From: Puniceicoccaceae bacterium
Lineage (GTDB): Bacteria; Verrucomicrobiota; Verrucomicrobiia; Opitutales; Oceanipulchritudinaceae
NCBI GenBank assembly: GCA_040830765.1
Contig: JBFOMH010000005.1
Span: forward strand, 64,001-128,000
DNA: 64,000 nt
Direction of reading: 5' to 3'
Shown here: one piece after another, positions 29,066 through 38,939 of the stretch
Layout of the letters: every line of letters starts with the position of its first letter
Numbering within the stretch: the stretch's first letter is position 1
Translations under genes and position numbers: made by a program
The notes under the pieces: generated by a model
Seen by the model: only the letters and a program-made list of their open reading frames with translations
Databases searched by the model: none
What the model was told of the DNA's origin: nothing

Positions 29066-30226
29066 TTAAAAGGATTTGCTGAAGTCTTGCTCACCCGCCG
29101 AAGCCTTCTGCTCCGGTTTCACGTAGGTGGAGTTGCTTATTTTGTCCTGCAGGTTCTCCGCGTAGGCTGCTCCGTCGAGGGGAAGCTGGATCGTCGCACC
29201 CAGGTCGCTTGAGTGGATAATGGTGTTGGCCAGCTCAACCGAATGAATCCCTTCCGCTGCCGGTGCAATGAGAGGAGCATTCTCGAGAATGGCAGCCGTG
29301 AAATTCTTGAGGATGCCCACATGCTGCTCCCCTTTTCCTTCAAATTCAAAGCGCTCCTCGGTTGTTTCCGGTTTGTCAAAGTTCGTGGCGCACGCCTTGG
29401 AGAAACGGCTTGTTTCCGTCTCGTTGCGGAGCCACTCCAAGGTTGATCCCTCAAGGATCAAGCGGCCCCGCTCGGCAGCAATCTCCAGTCGGTTGGTTCC
29501 CGGAGCCTCGCCAGTCGTCGTGATGAGGACACCTTTCTTCCCATCATCATATTCCATGTAGGCGGTGACATCATCCTCCACTTCGATGTCATGGAAGCGG
29601 CCATATTCACAGAAGCCACGCACAGATGAAGGCATCCCGAAGAGCCATTGCCACAGGTCGAGCTGGTGGGGGCATTGGTTGAGGAGAACGCCACCCCCCT
29701 CGCCGCTCCAGGTTGCCCGCCAGCCCCCAGAGGCATAATACTGTTCTGTACGGAACCAGTCGGTCACCGTCCAGTTTACCCGGTTTATTCGTCCCAGCTC
29801 TCCTGAATCTATCAAATCCTTCAACTTCAGGTACTTCGGATCCGTCCGCTGGTTAAACATGGCTGCAAATACCTGCCCCTCCTTCTGATGCGCGGCCATG
29901 AGGCGCTCGCAATCCGCCTTGTGCACCGAAATCGGTTTTTCCACAAGAACGTGGAGACCCGCCTTGAGGGCCTCGATGCCGATATCGGTATGGGCATAGT
30001 GGGGCGTTGCAATCAAGACCGCGTCCACCGTTCCGGACTCAATGAGCTGACCTGCACTTTCGAAGATGGGCACTTCGGAATAGACCTCGGCGCGGTCACG
30101 TTTGGCATCCGCCAAAGCGCTCAATTTCAGTCCGGGCACTTTTCCGGCAAGAATGTTCTTCGCATGGACATTTCCCATAATGCCCAATCCTATTATGCCC
30201 AATCGAACCTCTGTACTTGAATTCAT
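29066..30226 (-). CDS. Gfo/Idh/MocA family oxidoreductase
   Basis: GIIGLGIMG, IATPH..H, HVLVEKP, GGGVLLNQCPHQLD. Confidence 0.93.
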   Translation of the reverse strand: MNSSTEVRLGIIGLGIMGNVHAKNILAGKVPGLKLSALADAKRDRAEVYSEVPIFESAGQLIESGTVDAVLIATPHYAHTDIGIEALKAGLHVLVEKPISVHKADCERLMAAHQKEGQVFAAMFNQRTDPKYLKLKDLIDSGELGRINRVNWTVTDWFRTEQYYASGGWRATWSGEGGGVLLNQCPHQLDLWQWLFGMPSSVRGFCEYGRFHDIEVEDDVTAYMEYDDGKKGVLITTTGEAPGTNRLEIAAERGRLILEGSTLEWLRNETETSRFSKACATNFDKPETTEERFEFEGKGEQHVGILKNFTAAILENAPLIAPAAEGIHSVELANTIIHSSDLGATIQLPLDGAAYAENLQDKISNSTYVKPEQKASAGEQDFSKSF

Positions 30227-30406
30227 TATCCTGATTGTTTTTTGGGGTTAACCTTTCTACGGGAAAACTGTCTAGTGGACCTTTTGGTGCCTGTCCATCA
30301 AAGGATATGGCAATCCCTTCAAAAAAGGGATCATCCAAGGTTTGACCACCGGGACAATATTTCAAAAATGTCCGCATGCACAGGAGGGACGTAAGCAGGC
30401 TGGACC

Positions 30407-31549
30407 ATGTTGGTTAAGGGAAGAAAGGCCCAGGCTGGCATCCTTGAAGATGGGAACGCCCTCCTGATAAACCTCGGGGGCAGTTGGTGCATCGGGTCCC
30501 AGTTGCCCGATACCCGGGGCATTGTCAGGCAAATAGAGGAAGCAGAAGGCGACAAACAGATCCAGTTCCTGCTGGAAAAGGGTATCCAATATGATACTGC
30601 GCTGGCCAGTTTCATCTTCCGCTTGGCCAGGATTGCTGAAATCAAGGGCTTCTCGATCGATCTCGACCCGCTTCCGGAGCAGTTGAAGCGGCTACTTGAA
30701 CTGGGCCGGAAAGTCCCGGAAAAGGAGGATGCTGCCAAAAAGACGGACGACGGCCCGGGTTGGGTGGCCCAGGTCGGGGCTGAGATGATTGAAAGAATCC
30801 GCGGCATGCTGGAAATTGCCACCTTCACCGGTGAATGGGTGCTGGCCTTCAGCAGACTGGTCAGTGGCAAGGCCCGGCTCCGCTGGGAGGACTTCTGGCA
30901 CATCCTGCGCACAGTCAGTCTGGATGCCCTGCCCATTGTCGCCCTGATCAGCTTTCTCGTCGGGGCCATAATTTCCTTTCTAGGTGCGGTTACCCTGAAA
31001 CAATTCGGGGCCGAATTTGCCGTCTCCTATCTGGTTGGCTACGGAATCCTCCGGGAAATGGGTGCCATCATGACCGGAATCATCCTCGCCGGGCGCACCG
31101 GGGCAGCCTTTGCCGCCCAAATCGGGAGCATGAAAATCAACGAGGAGATCGATGCCCTGCGCACCCTCGGCATTTCCCCGATCGAGTTCATCGTCCTCCC
31201 TCGCCTCCTTGCCCTATTCCTTATGATGCCGCTGCTGACACTCTACTCCAACGTCATTGGCATCCTCAGCGGCTGGGTTGTCGCGGAGGGCCTGATGGGC
31301 GTTCCCGGACCGGTCTTCTTTTCCGAAATGCAATCGGTCATCGGCTTGGAAGACTTTCTTTTGGGCATCTTCAAGTCCTTTGTCTTTGGCATCCTTGTCG
31401 CTACGGCCGGTTGTCTCCGCGGACTCCAGTGCGGTTCGGGCGCAGGTGCGGTCGGCATTGCGACAACCCGGGCAGTAGTCGCGGGTATCACCCTGATTGT
31501 TTTCTCCAATGCGGTCATTGACTGGGCCGCTGCAACCTTGGGCGTGTAG
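30407..31549 (+). CDS. mlaE: MlaE-family ABC permease with N-terminal STAS-like extension
   Basis: LREMGAIMTGIILAGRTGAAFAAQIGSMKINEEIDALRTLG...VLPR. Confidence 0.92.
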   Translation: MLVKGRKAQAGILEDGNALLINLGGSWCIGSQLPDTRGIVRQIEEAEGDKQIQFLLEKGIQYDTALASFIFRLARIAEIKGFSIDLDPLPEQLKRLLELGRKVPEKEDAAKKTDDGPGWVAQVGAEMIERIRGMLEIATFTGEWVLAFSRLVSGKARLRWEDFWHILRTVSLDALPIVALISFLVGAIISFLGAVTLKQFGAEFAVSYLVGYGILREMGAIMTGIILAGRTGAAFAAQIGSMKINEEIDALRTLGISPIEFIVLPRLLALFLMMPLLTLYSNVIGILSGWVVAEGLMGVPGPVFFSEMQSVIGLEDFLLGIFKSFVFGILVATAGCLRGLQCGSGAGAVGIATTRAVVAGITLIVFSNAVIDWAAATLGV

Positions 31550-31550
31550 A

Positions 31551-32342
31551 ATGGCGGACAAGATTCAAATCAAAGTCGAAAACCTGACCATGGCCTACGG
31601 GAGCTTTGTCCTCCAGCGGGACCTCAACTTTGATGTCCGTAAAGGGGAAATCCTCACCATAATGGGCCCCAGTGGTTGTGGCAAAAGTTCGCTCCTCAAG
31701 CACATGCTCGGCCTGCTCGAGCCGGCTGAGGGAAAAATCCATTTTGGCAATGTCAGTTTCACCGATGCCCGTCGCAAGGTCCGTCAATCCATTCTGAGGC
31801 GCTGCGGAGTCCTCTATCAGAACGGTGCCCTGTGGAGTACCATGACGGTTGGGGAAAACGTCGCCCTCCCATTGCAGGAATTCACCAGCCTCAGCAAGGA
31901 CCGCATTGCCGAGATTGTTGATTTCAAGCTGTCAGTTGTCGGATTGAAAGGATTCGAGAAATACTTCCCATCCGAGCTCAGTGGCGGAATGCGCAAACGT
32001 GCCGGTCTGGCCCGGGCCATCGCCCTCGATCCGGACATCCTCTTTTTCGACGAGCCATCGGCCGGACTGGATCCCGTCTCCTCGAGAAACCTCGATGAGC
32101 TCATCCTGGAGACCCGCAAGAGCCTTGGCGCGACCATTGTCCTCGTATCGCATGAACTATCGAGTATCTTCACGGTGGCTGACCGGGCGGTCTACCTCGA
32201 TGCCACGGAACGGCGCATGGGAGGCATCGGCTCACCCGAGGAGCTCCTCCGCAATCCCCCCAGCCCGGCCGTTCATGCCTTTCTCACCCGCAACCATTCG
32301 GAACGGACGGATCAACACCAGGACTCCGTCGATCCGTCCTGA
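31551..32342 (+). CDS. mlaF: MlaF-family ABC ATPase
   Basis: Walker A GPSGCGKS, signature LSGGMRKR, Walker B LFFDEPSAGLDP. Start at ATG 31551. Confidence 0.92.
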   Translation: MADKIQIKVENLTMAYGSFVLQRDLNFDVRKGEILTIMGPSGCGKSSLLKHMLGLLEPAEGKIHFGNVSFTDARRKVRQSILRRCGVLYQNGALWSTMTVGENVALPLQEFTSLSKDRIAEIVDFKLSVVGLKGFEKYFPSELSGGMRKRAGLARAIALDPDILFFDEPSAGLDPVSSRNLDELILETRKSLGATIVLVSHELSSIFTVADRAVYLDATERRMGGIGSPEELLRNPPSPAVHAFLTRNHSERTDQHQDSVDPS

Positions 32343-32402
32343 TCCAAAGCCACTTTTTCTTTGCCCGTGTCCTTTAATTCCTGAAACATCAAGTTAACGA
32401 CC

Positions 32403-33413
32403 ATGAAGCGCCTTTCCAATGCAACCCTTGTCGGAATTTTCGTCCTTGTAGCCGCCTTCCTTGGTATCGCCACCATTATCTACGTCGGCTCCAGTCGCCT
32501 TTTCAAGGCTGAGGAGGATTTCATTGTCTACTTTGGGGAATCGGTCAACGGCTTGACCGTTGGAGCCCCGGTCAAGTTCAAGGGAGTTCCCATCGGCCAG
32601 GTTCGCGACATTCGCATCACCTACAAACAGCGACTGACCCGCGGCGATTCCTATATACCGGTTTTCTTCTCCATCGACCTGAAGAAGGTTGGTCGCAAGC
32701 TGGACCAGAACCTCGCCATCGACCTTATCGATCCATTAAAATTCGAGGAGGAAATCCGTAACGGCCTACGGGCCAAACTGCAGTTGGAAAGCTTCCTCAC
32801 CGGGCTTCTCTACATCGAGTTGGATTACTACGAGAATCCGGGAATTCCCTCCCGGTGGCTGCAGATGGACGAGGACCTGAAGGAGATTCCCTCCCTGCCT
32901 TCCGACATGGCGGAGTTCGGGGCCAAGACAACAGACATTCTCGGTCACCTCGCTTCCCTGGATGTTGAGGGTATCAGCAACCGTCTGGTGCGAATCCTGG
33001 AGCGACTGGATACGGTCATGCATGAGATCGATTTCAAGGGAATGAATAGTTCGGTTGTCGACACCACGGCCACCCTCCGTGATGCACTCGAGGAACTGCA
33101 GCTGGACCAGACGGTTCCCGCCCTTAGGGAGACGCTGCTTTCGCTGAAGTCGGTTGCGGACAAACTGGAAGGAGCCATCGATCCAGCCGTTGCCGATTAC
33201 CAGGCGGTGATGAAGGATGTCTCCGGTACCCTCCAGCGAAGCAACGAGGTCCTCAACAATCTGGAGGAATTGACCTCGGTTGACAGCAGGACCCGGCGCG
33301 AGCTGGTCAAGACCCTTGAAGCCCTTCAGCGGGCCTCGCAAAGTGCGGAGGAATTGCTGGCCTACCTTGAACGAAATCCGCGGGCCCTAATCAGCGGGCG
33401 TGCCCAACCTTGA
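32403..33413 (+). CDS. mlaD: MlaD/MCE-domain protein
   Basis: N-terminal TM; SVNGLTVGAPVKFKGVPIGQV; helical tail ending LERNPRALISGR. Confidence 0.9.
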   Translation: MKRLSNATLVGIFVLVAAFLGIATIIYVGSSRLFKAEEDFIVYFGESVNGLTVGAPVKFKGVPIGQVRDIRITYKQRLTRGDSYIPVFFSIDLKKVGRKLDQNLAIDLIDPLKFEEEIRNGLRAKLQLESFLTGLLYIELDYYENPGIPSRWLQMDEDLKEIPSLPSDMAEFGAKTTDILGHLASLDVEGISNRLVRILERLDTVMHEIDFKGMNSSVVDTTATLRDALEELQLDQTVPALRETLLSLKSVADKLEGAIDPAVADYQAVMKDVSGTLQRSNEVLNNLEELTSVDSRTRRELVKTLEALQRASQSAEELLAYLERNPRALISGRAQP

Positions 33414-34015
33414 TTTTGCCGACCATGAATACTTCAACTATCACCAAGCGTTTCCGGTTGCTGGCTTCCCTCATCCTCATGGCCAGCCTGACAGGCTGTA
33501 TCAACCTGGATCCGGTCCAGGAATCAACGACCTTCCATGTCCTCGGACAGGCATCGAGAGGCTCCGTTGATCCCATTGAGGTGCGGGTGGCCATCCGTGA
33601 CACCCACTTGATAGACTTTCTCAACAATTCCCAGGTGGTTGAGTTGTCCGGGACCAGTGAGGTCCGCTACCTCTCCGAGCATCGATGGGCCGGTGCTCTC
33701 GACTCGATGCTATCCCAGGTCGTCGCCTCCGAACTGGAAGCCTCGGTCAAGGGTCTTTATGCTACCGCCGGGGATTCGGCCGAGGCCGACCTCAATATCG
33801 ACATTACGATCCTGCAATTTTGCCTCACCGACCGGGGCGGCGTCTCCGTATCCATGGAATACCGCATTGTCGATGCCGCAACACGTGAAGCAGTCGCTGA
33901 GGGGCGCGTTTCCCGTTCCATTGAAGATGCCGGAAACTCAATCGGCCGCCGCATCAGCCGACTCGAATCCGCCCTGCGGGAGGCCGTCAGGGAAATGGCG
34001 GACAGGTCCCTCTGA
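33410..34015 (+). CDS. PqiC-like ABC auxiliary lipoprotein
   Basis: Lipobox LTGC; HRWAGAL motif; last gene of the MlaEFD operon. The true start may be ATG 33425. Confidence 0.8.
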   Translation: MILPTMNTSTITKRFRLLASLILMASLTGCINLDPVQESTTFHVLGQASRGSVDPIEVRVAIRDTHLIDFLNNSQVVELSGTSEVRYLSEHRWAGALDSMLSQVVASELEASVKGLYATAGDSAEADLNIDITILQFCLTDRGGVSVSMEYRIVDAATREAVAEGRVSRSIEDAGNSIGRRISRLESALREAVREMADRSL

Positions 34016-34018
34016 GAC

Positions 34019-34294
34019 TTATCGCCGGGTTGCCGGCATGGGACGCGGTGTAGCCGGGCGTGCCGGCAAGTTTACCGGACGGTCCGGCCGTGGACGCGAG
34101 GGAGGATTGACGTAGATCGGCCGACCATAATAACCATGGCGGTACCACGGATCGTAGTACCCCATACCATAGGAATAGCCGACGTACCCGGATGTACTCG
34201 AGGGGGCATAATTGGAAGAGCCGCACCCGCCCATTCCCAGGACAATGCTGACCAGGAGGCCCAAAAGAAGTGTCTTGCGATTAATTTTGTTCAT
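34019..34294 (-). CDS. Small Tyr/Gly- and Pro/Arg-rich lipoprotein
   Basis: Lipobox MGGC; GYYDPWY; RP-rich tail; ATGA overlap with the VOC gene. Confidence 0.7.
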   Translation of the reverse strand: MNKINRKTLLLGLLVSIVLGMGGCGSSNYAPSSTSGYVGYSYGMGYYDPWYRHGYYGRPIYVNPPSRPRPDRPVNLPARPATPRPMPATRR

Positions 34295-35190
34295 TGTCCA
34301 GCCTCCTCAGTTGAGGGATTGGGTGCCGCCTGCATGATGCCGACCAGCGCACCGGACGGATCGGTGAGAATTGCCAACCGGCCCTCGAGGATATCCTCAT
34401 CCGGAGGCAGCAAAACCTTCGCTCCACCACTGGAGAGATTAGCCAGGGTTTCCTCGATGGACTCGACGCGGATGAAGTGAATCCAGTCAGCCTTATCAAC
34501 CGGCGCATTGTCAGCCAATGGGGACAGACCAGCCCGGGCAAATCCTCCCGAACTGAGGAGGAAAAGCTGTGGTCCCTGGAACCGCTTGTCCTTGACGACT
34601 TTGTAATTGCCAACCGTCTCGTAGAAGTTGGCCGCGACCTGGGCATCCCCTGAGAGGTGTTGGGCCCAGAAGAAGTCCCCAATGTTGGGCATGTATTCAC
34701 CCGGATCCCCGCTAGCCGACTTCAGGACCCCAAAGATAGCTCCCTGATCATCCTGGAGAATAGCGTGCTCGCCACGTCCCGGGAATTGACCTTTCTGGAC
34801 CAGGATCCGACCGCCAGCAGCAATGACCGCTGAGGAAACGGAATCGACGGAATTGACCGAAGCATAGGCAATCCAGATGCCCCCCTCCTGGTCCCCGTCG
34901 ACCTTTGCCCGTTCGACAATTGCGGCCACCGGGTAACCCCCTGACCACATTAAATAGACTTTTCGTCCATTCAGCTCATGGGCTTCAGACTCCCAACCGA
35001 ACATGGTCTCATAGAAGGCTGCCATTTCACCCGGGACAGAGGTAAAGAGATCATGCCAGATTATCTTGCCGGGGTACCGCTGGTACGGATTCCCCTCGCC
35101 GAGGGACGGAAACTCCACTTCCCCATAAACCATGCCCATCGGCACAAGGGAAAGCAGCGCCCACAGAAAGAGAGAGATGCGCTTGTTCAT
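34291..35190 (-). CDS. VOC/glyoxalase family protein (two domains) with signal peptide
   Basis: PGKIIWHDLFT...FYETMFGW; LQDDQGAIFG; LTDPSGALVG. Confidence 0.88.
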   Translation of the reverse strand: MNKRISLFLWALLSLVPMGMVYGEVEFPSLGEGNPYQRYPGKIIWHDLFTSVPGEMAAFYETMFGWESEAHELNGRKVYLMWSGGYPVAAIVERAKVDGDQEGGIWIAYASVNSVDSVSSAVIAAGGRILVQKGQFPGRGEHAILQDDQGAIFGVLKSASGDPGEYMPNIGDFFWAQHLSGDAQVAANFYETVGNYKVVKDKRFQGPQLFLLSSGGFARAGLSPLADNAPVDKADWIHFIRVESIEETLANLSSGGAKVLLPPDEDILEGRLAILTDPSGALVGIMQAAPNPSTEEAGQ

Positions 35191-35240
35191 CAGGGCAGAA
35201 ATTTGGCCCTTCTACAGGTGGATGCAACTGAAAAGCGGAA

Positions 35241-38200
35241 TTATTCCCGGTCCAGACTGAACCAGCCGCTGCCATAGTCATAGAACCAGCGGACATCGCC
35301 TGTTCCGGACCCATTAAGGTAATAAAGCCACTGGTTCCGCTCATAGGCATAGAGGTGTGGATAGGTATCCGCTTGCGTCCAGACAAAGCCAATTTCGTCA
35401 TCCCAGAGATAAACGCCGTTCAGCTCAGGATTGGCATCGACAATCGCATACAGTGAGCCGTGTTCGAGATGGTGCAACCAGGCGGGGTCCTTCAGGGAGT
35501 GGGCGTACCAGCCAAACCAGTTCGATTCGCGCCAGAAGTCACCTGCATCGGTAGCATGAGTGTCAATTTCCCGCATCGTGTCTGGATGGAAGAGCCATTG
35601 CAGGCCATAAACGGCCCCTGCCGCGTCCGTTGTGGTTTTGCCCACCAGCTGCCAGGCAGCACTGTCCATTACCTGCCAGTCCCCGGAAGCACTGGTTCCG
35701 GCAGAGAGGTACTGGGCCGCGGCCGGAACGGCCGTTTGGATGGGCATGGTCTCGACCCCGTATATGCCAACCGGAACGTACAATGCGTCCGTCTCCAGCA
35801 CGGCATTATCCAGATTCAAGCTGTAGATATTCGGGAATTCGATTTCCAGCTGCTGGTTTCTCAGGAATGTCCCGTTGGTTGCATCCCCGCGGAAGATGTC
35901 TACCCTTTCCCGGACCGAGAGGAGGAATTCCGGTTCCCGTACTGCCCATGACGCGAACCATTGGTTCTCATAGGTGAAGGAATTCGTGACCTGGAAGCGA
36001 TTCTCTGCAAACTCGTGGTACCAGATTTCAAGGTCGTTGGCATACTCCCCGTCGTTGTACTTGTACTTGCTCCGCAAGTGGAACGGTGCCATCCAGGCCA
36101 GCGAGTAGGCGTAACTGTTTTGGGTATCATCCGGATAAAGCTTCTGCTTGAACAAGCTGAAAGCACTCGCCTGGTCCCATCCCCAGACCTCCACCATATT
36201 CCATTGAGGTTCGAAATAGAGGTAGTGATTCAGGCCATCCTGTACTGGCTCGACTGCTACAATGTGGGAAGGGATCCCCGTCCTCGGATACGAAACCGGC
36301 TTGGAGGCATCGCTGAAGTCGACTGCGATTAAGGTCGTGTAGGCCTTGTAGTCCGGATAGGAATCCGGCCGCTCATGTTCCTCGTAGGTCGTCATGCTGG
36401 CCAACAGCAGGGGTTCTTCCCAGAACCAGCCGGAGGCATAGTTCCAGAAGTCCTGCGTCGGGTAAGAGGCATGGGCTGGAATGGCCACTTCGCCGCTAGC
36501 GCCGACCGTACTAACAAGATAACTCAGGTTGCTCGGGTAATACCAAGGACCAGGCCAGATGTCGATGGCCCAGTAGATATAAGCCTGTTGGACATTGGAA
36601 GCCCAGACGATAGCACCATCCCCCGCCATGTAGGCTTCAAAGGAACCACCGAGATAGGGAATGCCTACAACCGAAGCTTCGTCCAGGAGCACAGGCTCCA
36701 AGGGGTTGCTGATGTCGTAGACCCGAACCGCCAGCGACTGCTTCTCGGGGATCTGCCAATAATCGGGCATAGGTCCTTCGGAAATGTCCTGAAGAAGAAT
36801 CAACCGGTCGCTCCTGTGCGTCACCCCGAGCAGGCGCCCGGCTGCCAGGCTCACCTCAGCCATCGGGACATTGGGCTCATCCTTGGCAGTGACGTAAAGA
36901 ATCGGATCGGGCACGGCGGCAGGATTGTACGGTACCCGCCAGAAGTAATAGCCGCTTTCCTCTGATTCGAGTTGCAGCCAGTAATCCCCATTTGGGATCA
37001 GGTGCTGGACATTCCAGGCAAGCGTGGTTGCCCCACCCTCCACGGGAACATCCGGATCCGTTACATCTGTAGCGACAACTTCACGACCAGAAATGGTGAT
37101 GACCGTGTTGTCTCTCAAGACTCCGCGGCGGGGAACATCGATGTGCTGCACCTGGCCCCTCAGTTGCAGGCCAGTTTCATCCCAGGTTATGAGCTGCATA
37201 GCCTGGACCATCTCGCTGGAAGACCAGGCCCATGTAGTGAAAGGCAGCATTAACATGCCGGCGTCAGGGAAGAAGGAGATCGCCTGATCGTCATATTGCG
37301 CCTCGCTCCATGCCCAGGAATCCTCGCTTAGGAAAACCCGATCCTTGAGGCTCATGTTGGCCGGGTCGGCGACATCGAATATCGATACGGTCAGTTGCCG
37401 GTCCTCGATGCCAACCGCAAAGAGGTAGCCCTCCACCCATTCGATGTAGTTGGACCAACCGGGTACCTCAAGCTCACCGGCAACGACTGGGTGGGATGGG
37501 TTGCTGTTGTCGATCGAAAAGAGTGGATCGACAAACAGGAAGGTCACGATGTAGACCGTGTCGCCATAGAAGCGGGAAGCAAAAAGCGTCTCCCCGGGAG
37601 CCAGATCCAGGGAACCAATCTTGGTGAAGCCAGCATCCCCGAGGGAAAAGTTCTCCAGCTTGGTGGCGCGGCTGAACTGGCCTGTACTCCAGTCGGCCTG
37701 TTGGGAAATAGTCGTCAGGAGGCCATCGCTGAAGTTCATCTTGTACTTGTCCTGGATAACACCCGCCAGCGGTGCGACGCCAACCTGCTTGAGAATACCA
37801 TCCTCACCCGGGACCAGGACATGGACTTCCGAACGCCAGCGAAATCGCCAGTCGGTGGTCCGGTCGTGCCACTTGTTCAAACTGAGCAAAATACCGTCCG
37901 GCTGCGCATTAAGGACGGCATCCAGCCAACCATCTCCCTCAAATGACTGCACATCGACGACCCGTTCCGGTGCCGCATCGGACAGGGCGATTGTATAAAG
38001 CCGAATCAGGGGCGCCCGGCTGAGGTTGCCTTCGGGATTCGTTTCCTCCACCCACTCCCGCGTCATGACATAGAGGAAGTCATTGTAGCGCCGACTGTCC
38101 ATGTATTGACCCGCTTCAAGCTCGACTGTCTCAACACCTGTCAATGCTGTACCGTCAAAGTCGATAAATTGCAGGGCCACCTTGTCTTCGCTCCAGTAAT

Positions 38201-38789
38201 TGCCCGTGCCAACCAAGACAATGCGTCCATTATCAACGGCATAGAGATCCTCCCCTTTTGCCGGGTAGCGATAGTAGTCGAGCCATTCCGGATCCTCCGG
38301 GACGGTCATGTCGATAACCTGAAGGCCTCTGTACTGGTTGTAGAAAAACAAGGTATTGCCTTCCCATGCCCAGATGTCGGCCTCCTCAATCACCGGGTCT
38401 GAATCGCGCTTGCCGCCGGCCGCATCCTCGGTCATGTAGGCCCAGGCATTGGAAGAGGGCGGATACGCAACAAAGACATCGCCGGGGGCGGCCGAATTCT
38501 GGACCTTGCCTGCAAATGGGGACGCTGCGCTGTTGGCAAGAACCCTGAGCTCCGCAGAAGCGTATTCATCCGGAAGGGGAATCTTCAGCCACCCGGTATC
38601 GACTGCATCACGGTAACCGGAGGCAATGGCCAGCCAGCGGCCGGAATCCACGTCCTTGGCCTCGACGCGGACTTGTCGCACATCATCCTCGAGATGGAGC
38701 AGTACGGCTTGGCTGTTGTCCTGTGCGAATAAAGCATTTGCACTGGCGGCAGCGACCGCCAGCAGTGTCGTCGAATAATAGCGTATCAT
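35241..38789 (-). CDS. Secreted beta-propeller domain protein with Trp-rich C-terminal module (type B)
   Basis: IEEADIW, LAPGETLFASRF..YIVTF..VDPLF.ID, GELEVPGWSNY (Beta_propel family pattern). Confidence 0.85.
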   Translation of the reverse strand: MIRYYSTTLLAVAAASANALFAQDNSQAVLLHLEDDVRQVRVEAKDVDSGRWLAIASGYRDAVDTGWLKIPLPDEYASAELRVLANSAASPFAGKVQNSAAPGDVFVAYPPSSNAWAYMTEDAAGGKRDSDPVIEEADIWAWEGNTLFFYNQYRGLQVIDMTVPEDPEWLDYYRYPAKGEDLYAVDNGRIVLVGTGNYWSEDKVALQFIDFDGTALTGVETVELEAGQYMDSRRYNDFLYVMTREWVEETNPEGNLSRAPLIRLYTIALSDAAPERVVDVQSFEGDGWLDAVLNAQPDGILLSLNKWHDRTTDWRFRWRSEVHVLVPGEDGILKQVGVAPLAGVIQDKYKMNFSDGLLTTISQQADWSTGQFSRATKLENFSLGDAGFTKIGSLDLAPGETLFASRFYGDTVYIVTFLFVDPLFSIDNSNPSHPVVAGELEVPGWSNYIEWVEGYLFAVGIEDRQLTVSIFDVADPANMSLKDRVFLSEDSWAWSEAQYDDQAISFFPDAGMLMLPFTTWAWSSSEMVQAMQLITWDETGLQLRGQVQHIDVPRRGVLRDNTVITISGREVVATDVTDPDVPVEGGATTLAWNVQHLIPNGDYWLQLESEESGYYFWRVPYNPAAVPDPILYVTAKDEPNVPMAEVSLAAGRLLGVTHRSDRLILLQDISEGPMPDYWQIPEKQSLAVRVYDISNPLEPVLLDEASVVGIPYLGGSFEAYMAGDGAIVWASNVQQAYIYWAIDIWPGPWYYPSNLSYLVSTVGASGEVAIPAHASYPTQDFWNYASGWFWEEPLLLASMTTYEEHERPDSYPDYKAYTTLIAVDFSDASKPVSYPRTGIPSHIVAVEPVQDGLNHYLYFEPQWNMVEVWGWDQASAFSLFKQKLYPDDTQNSYAYSLAWMAPFHLRSKYKYNDGEYANDLEIWYHEFAENRFQVTNSFTYENQWFASWAVREPEFLLSVRERVDIFRGDATNGTFLRNQQLEIEFPNIYSLNLDNAVLETDALYVPVGIYGVETMPIQTAVPAAAQYLSAGTSASGDWQVMDSAAWQLVGKTTTDAAGAVYGLQWLFHPDTMREIDTHATDAGDFWRESNWFGWYAHSLKDPAWLHHLEHGSLYAIVDANPELNGVYLWDDEIGFVWTQADTYPHLYAYERNQWLYYLNGSGTGDVRWFYDYGSGWFSLDRE

Positions 38790-38939
38790 ATTTCCCTCCG
38801 AGTAAGTTTAGCACTCCGACCGCTCCGCGGTCAACAGACTTAAACAGGCCCGGGAAGCTTTTGTTCCCTGAATTTCCGGGGAATCTTCCATCACAATCCT
38901 TGCCAAAACAGTTCCAGATTCTACTCTCCTCTCATCGAG

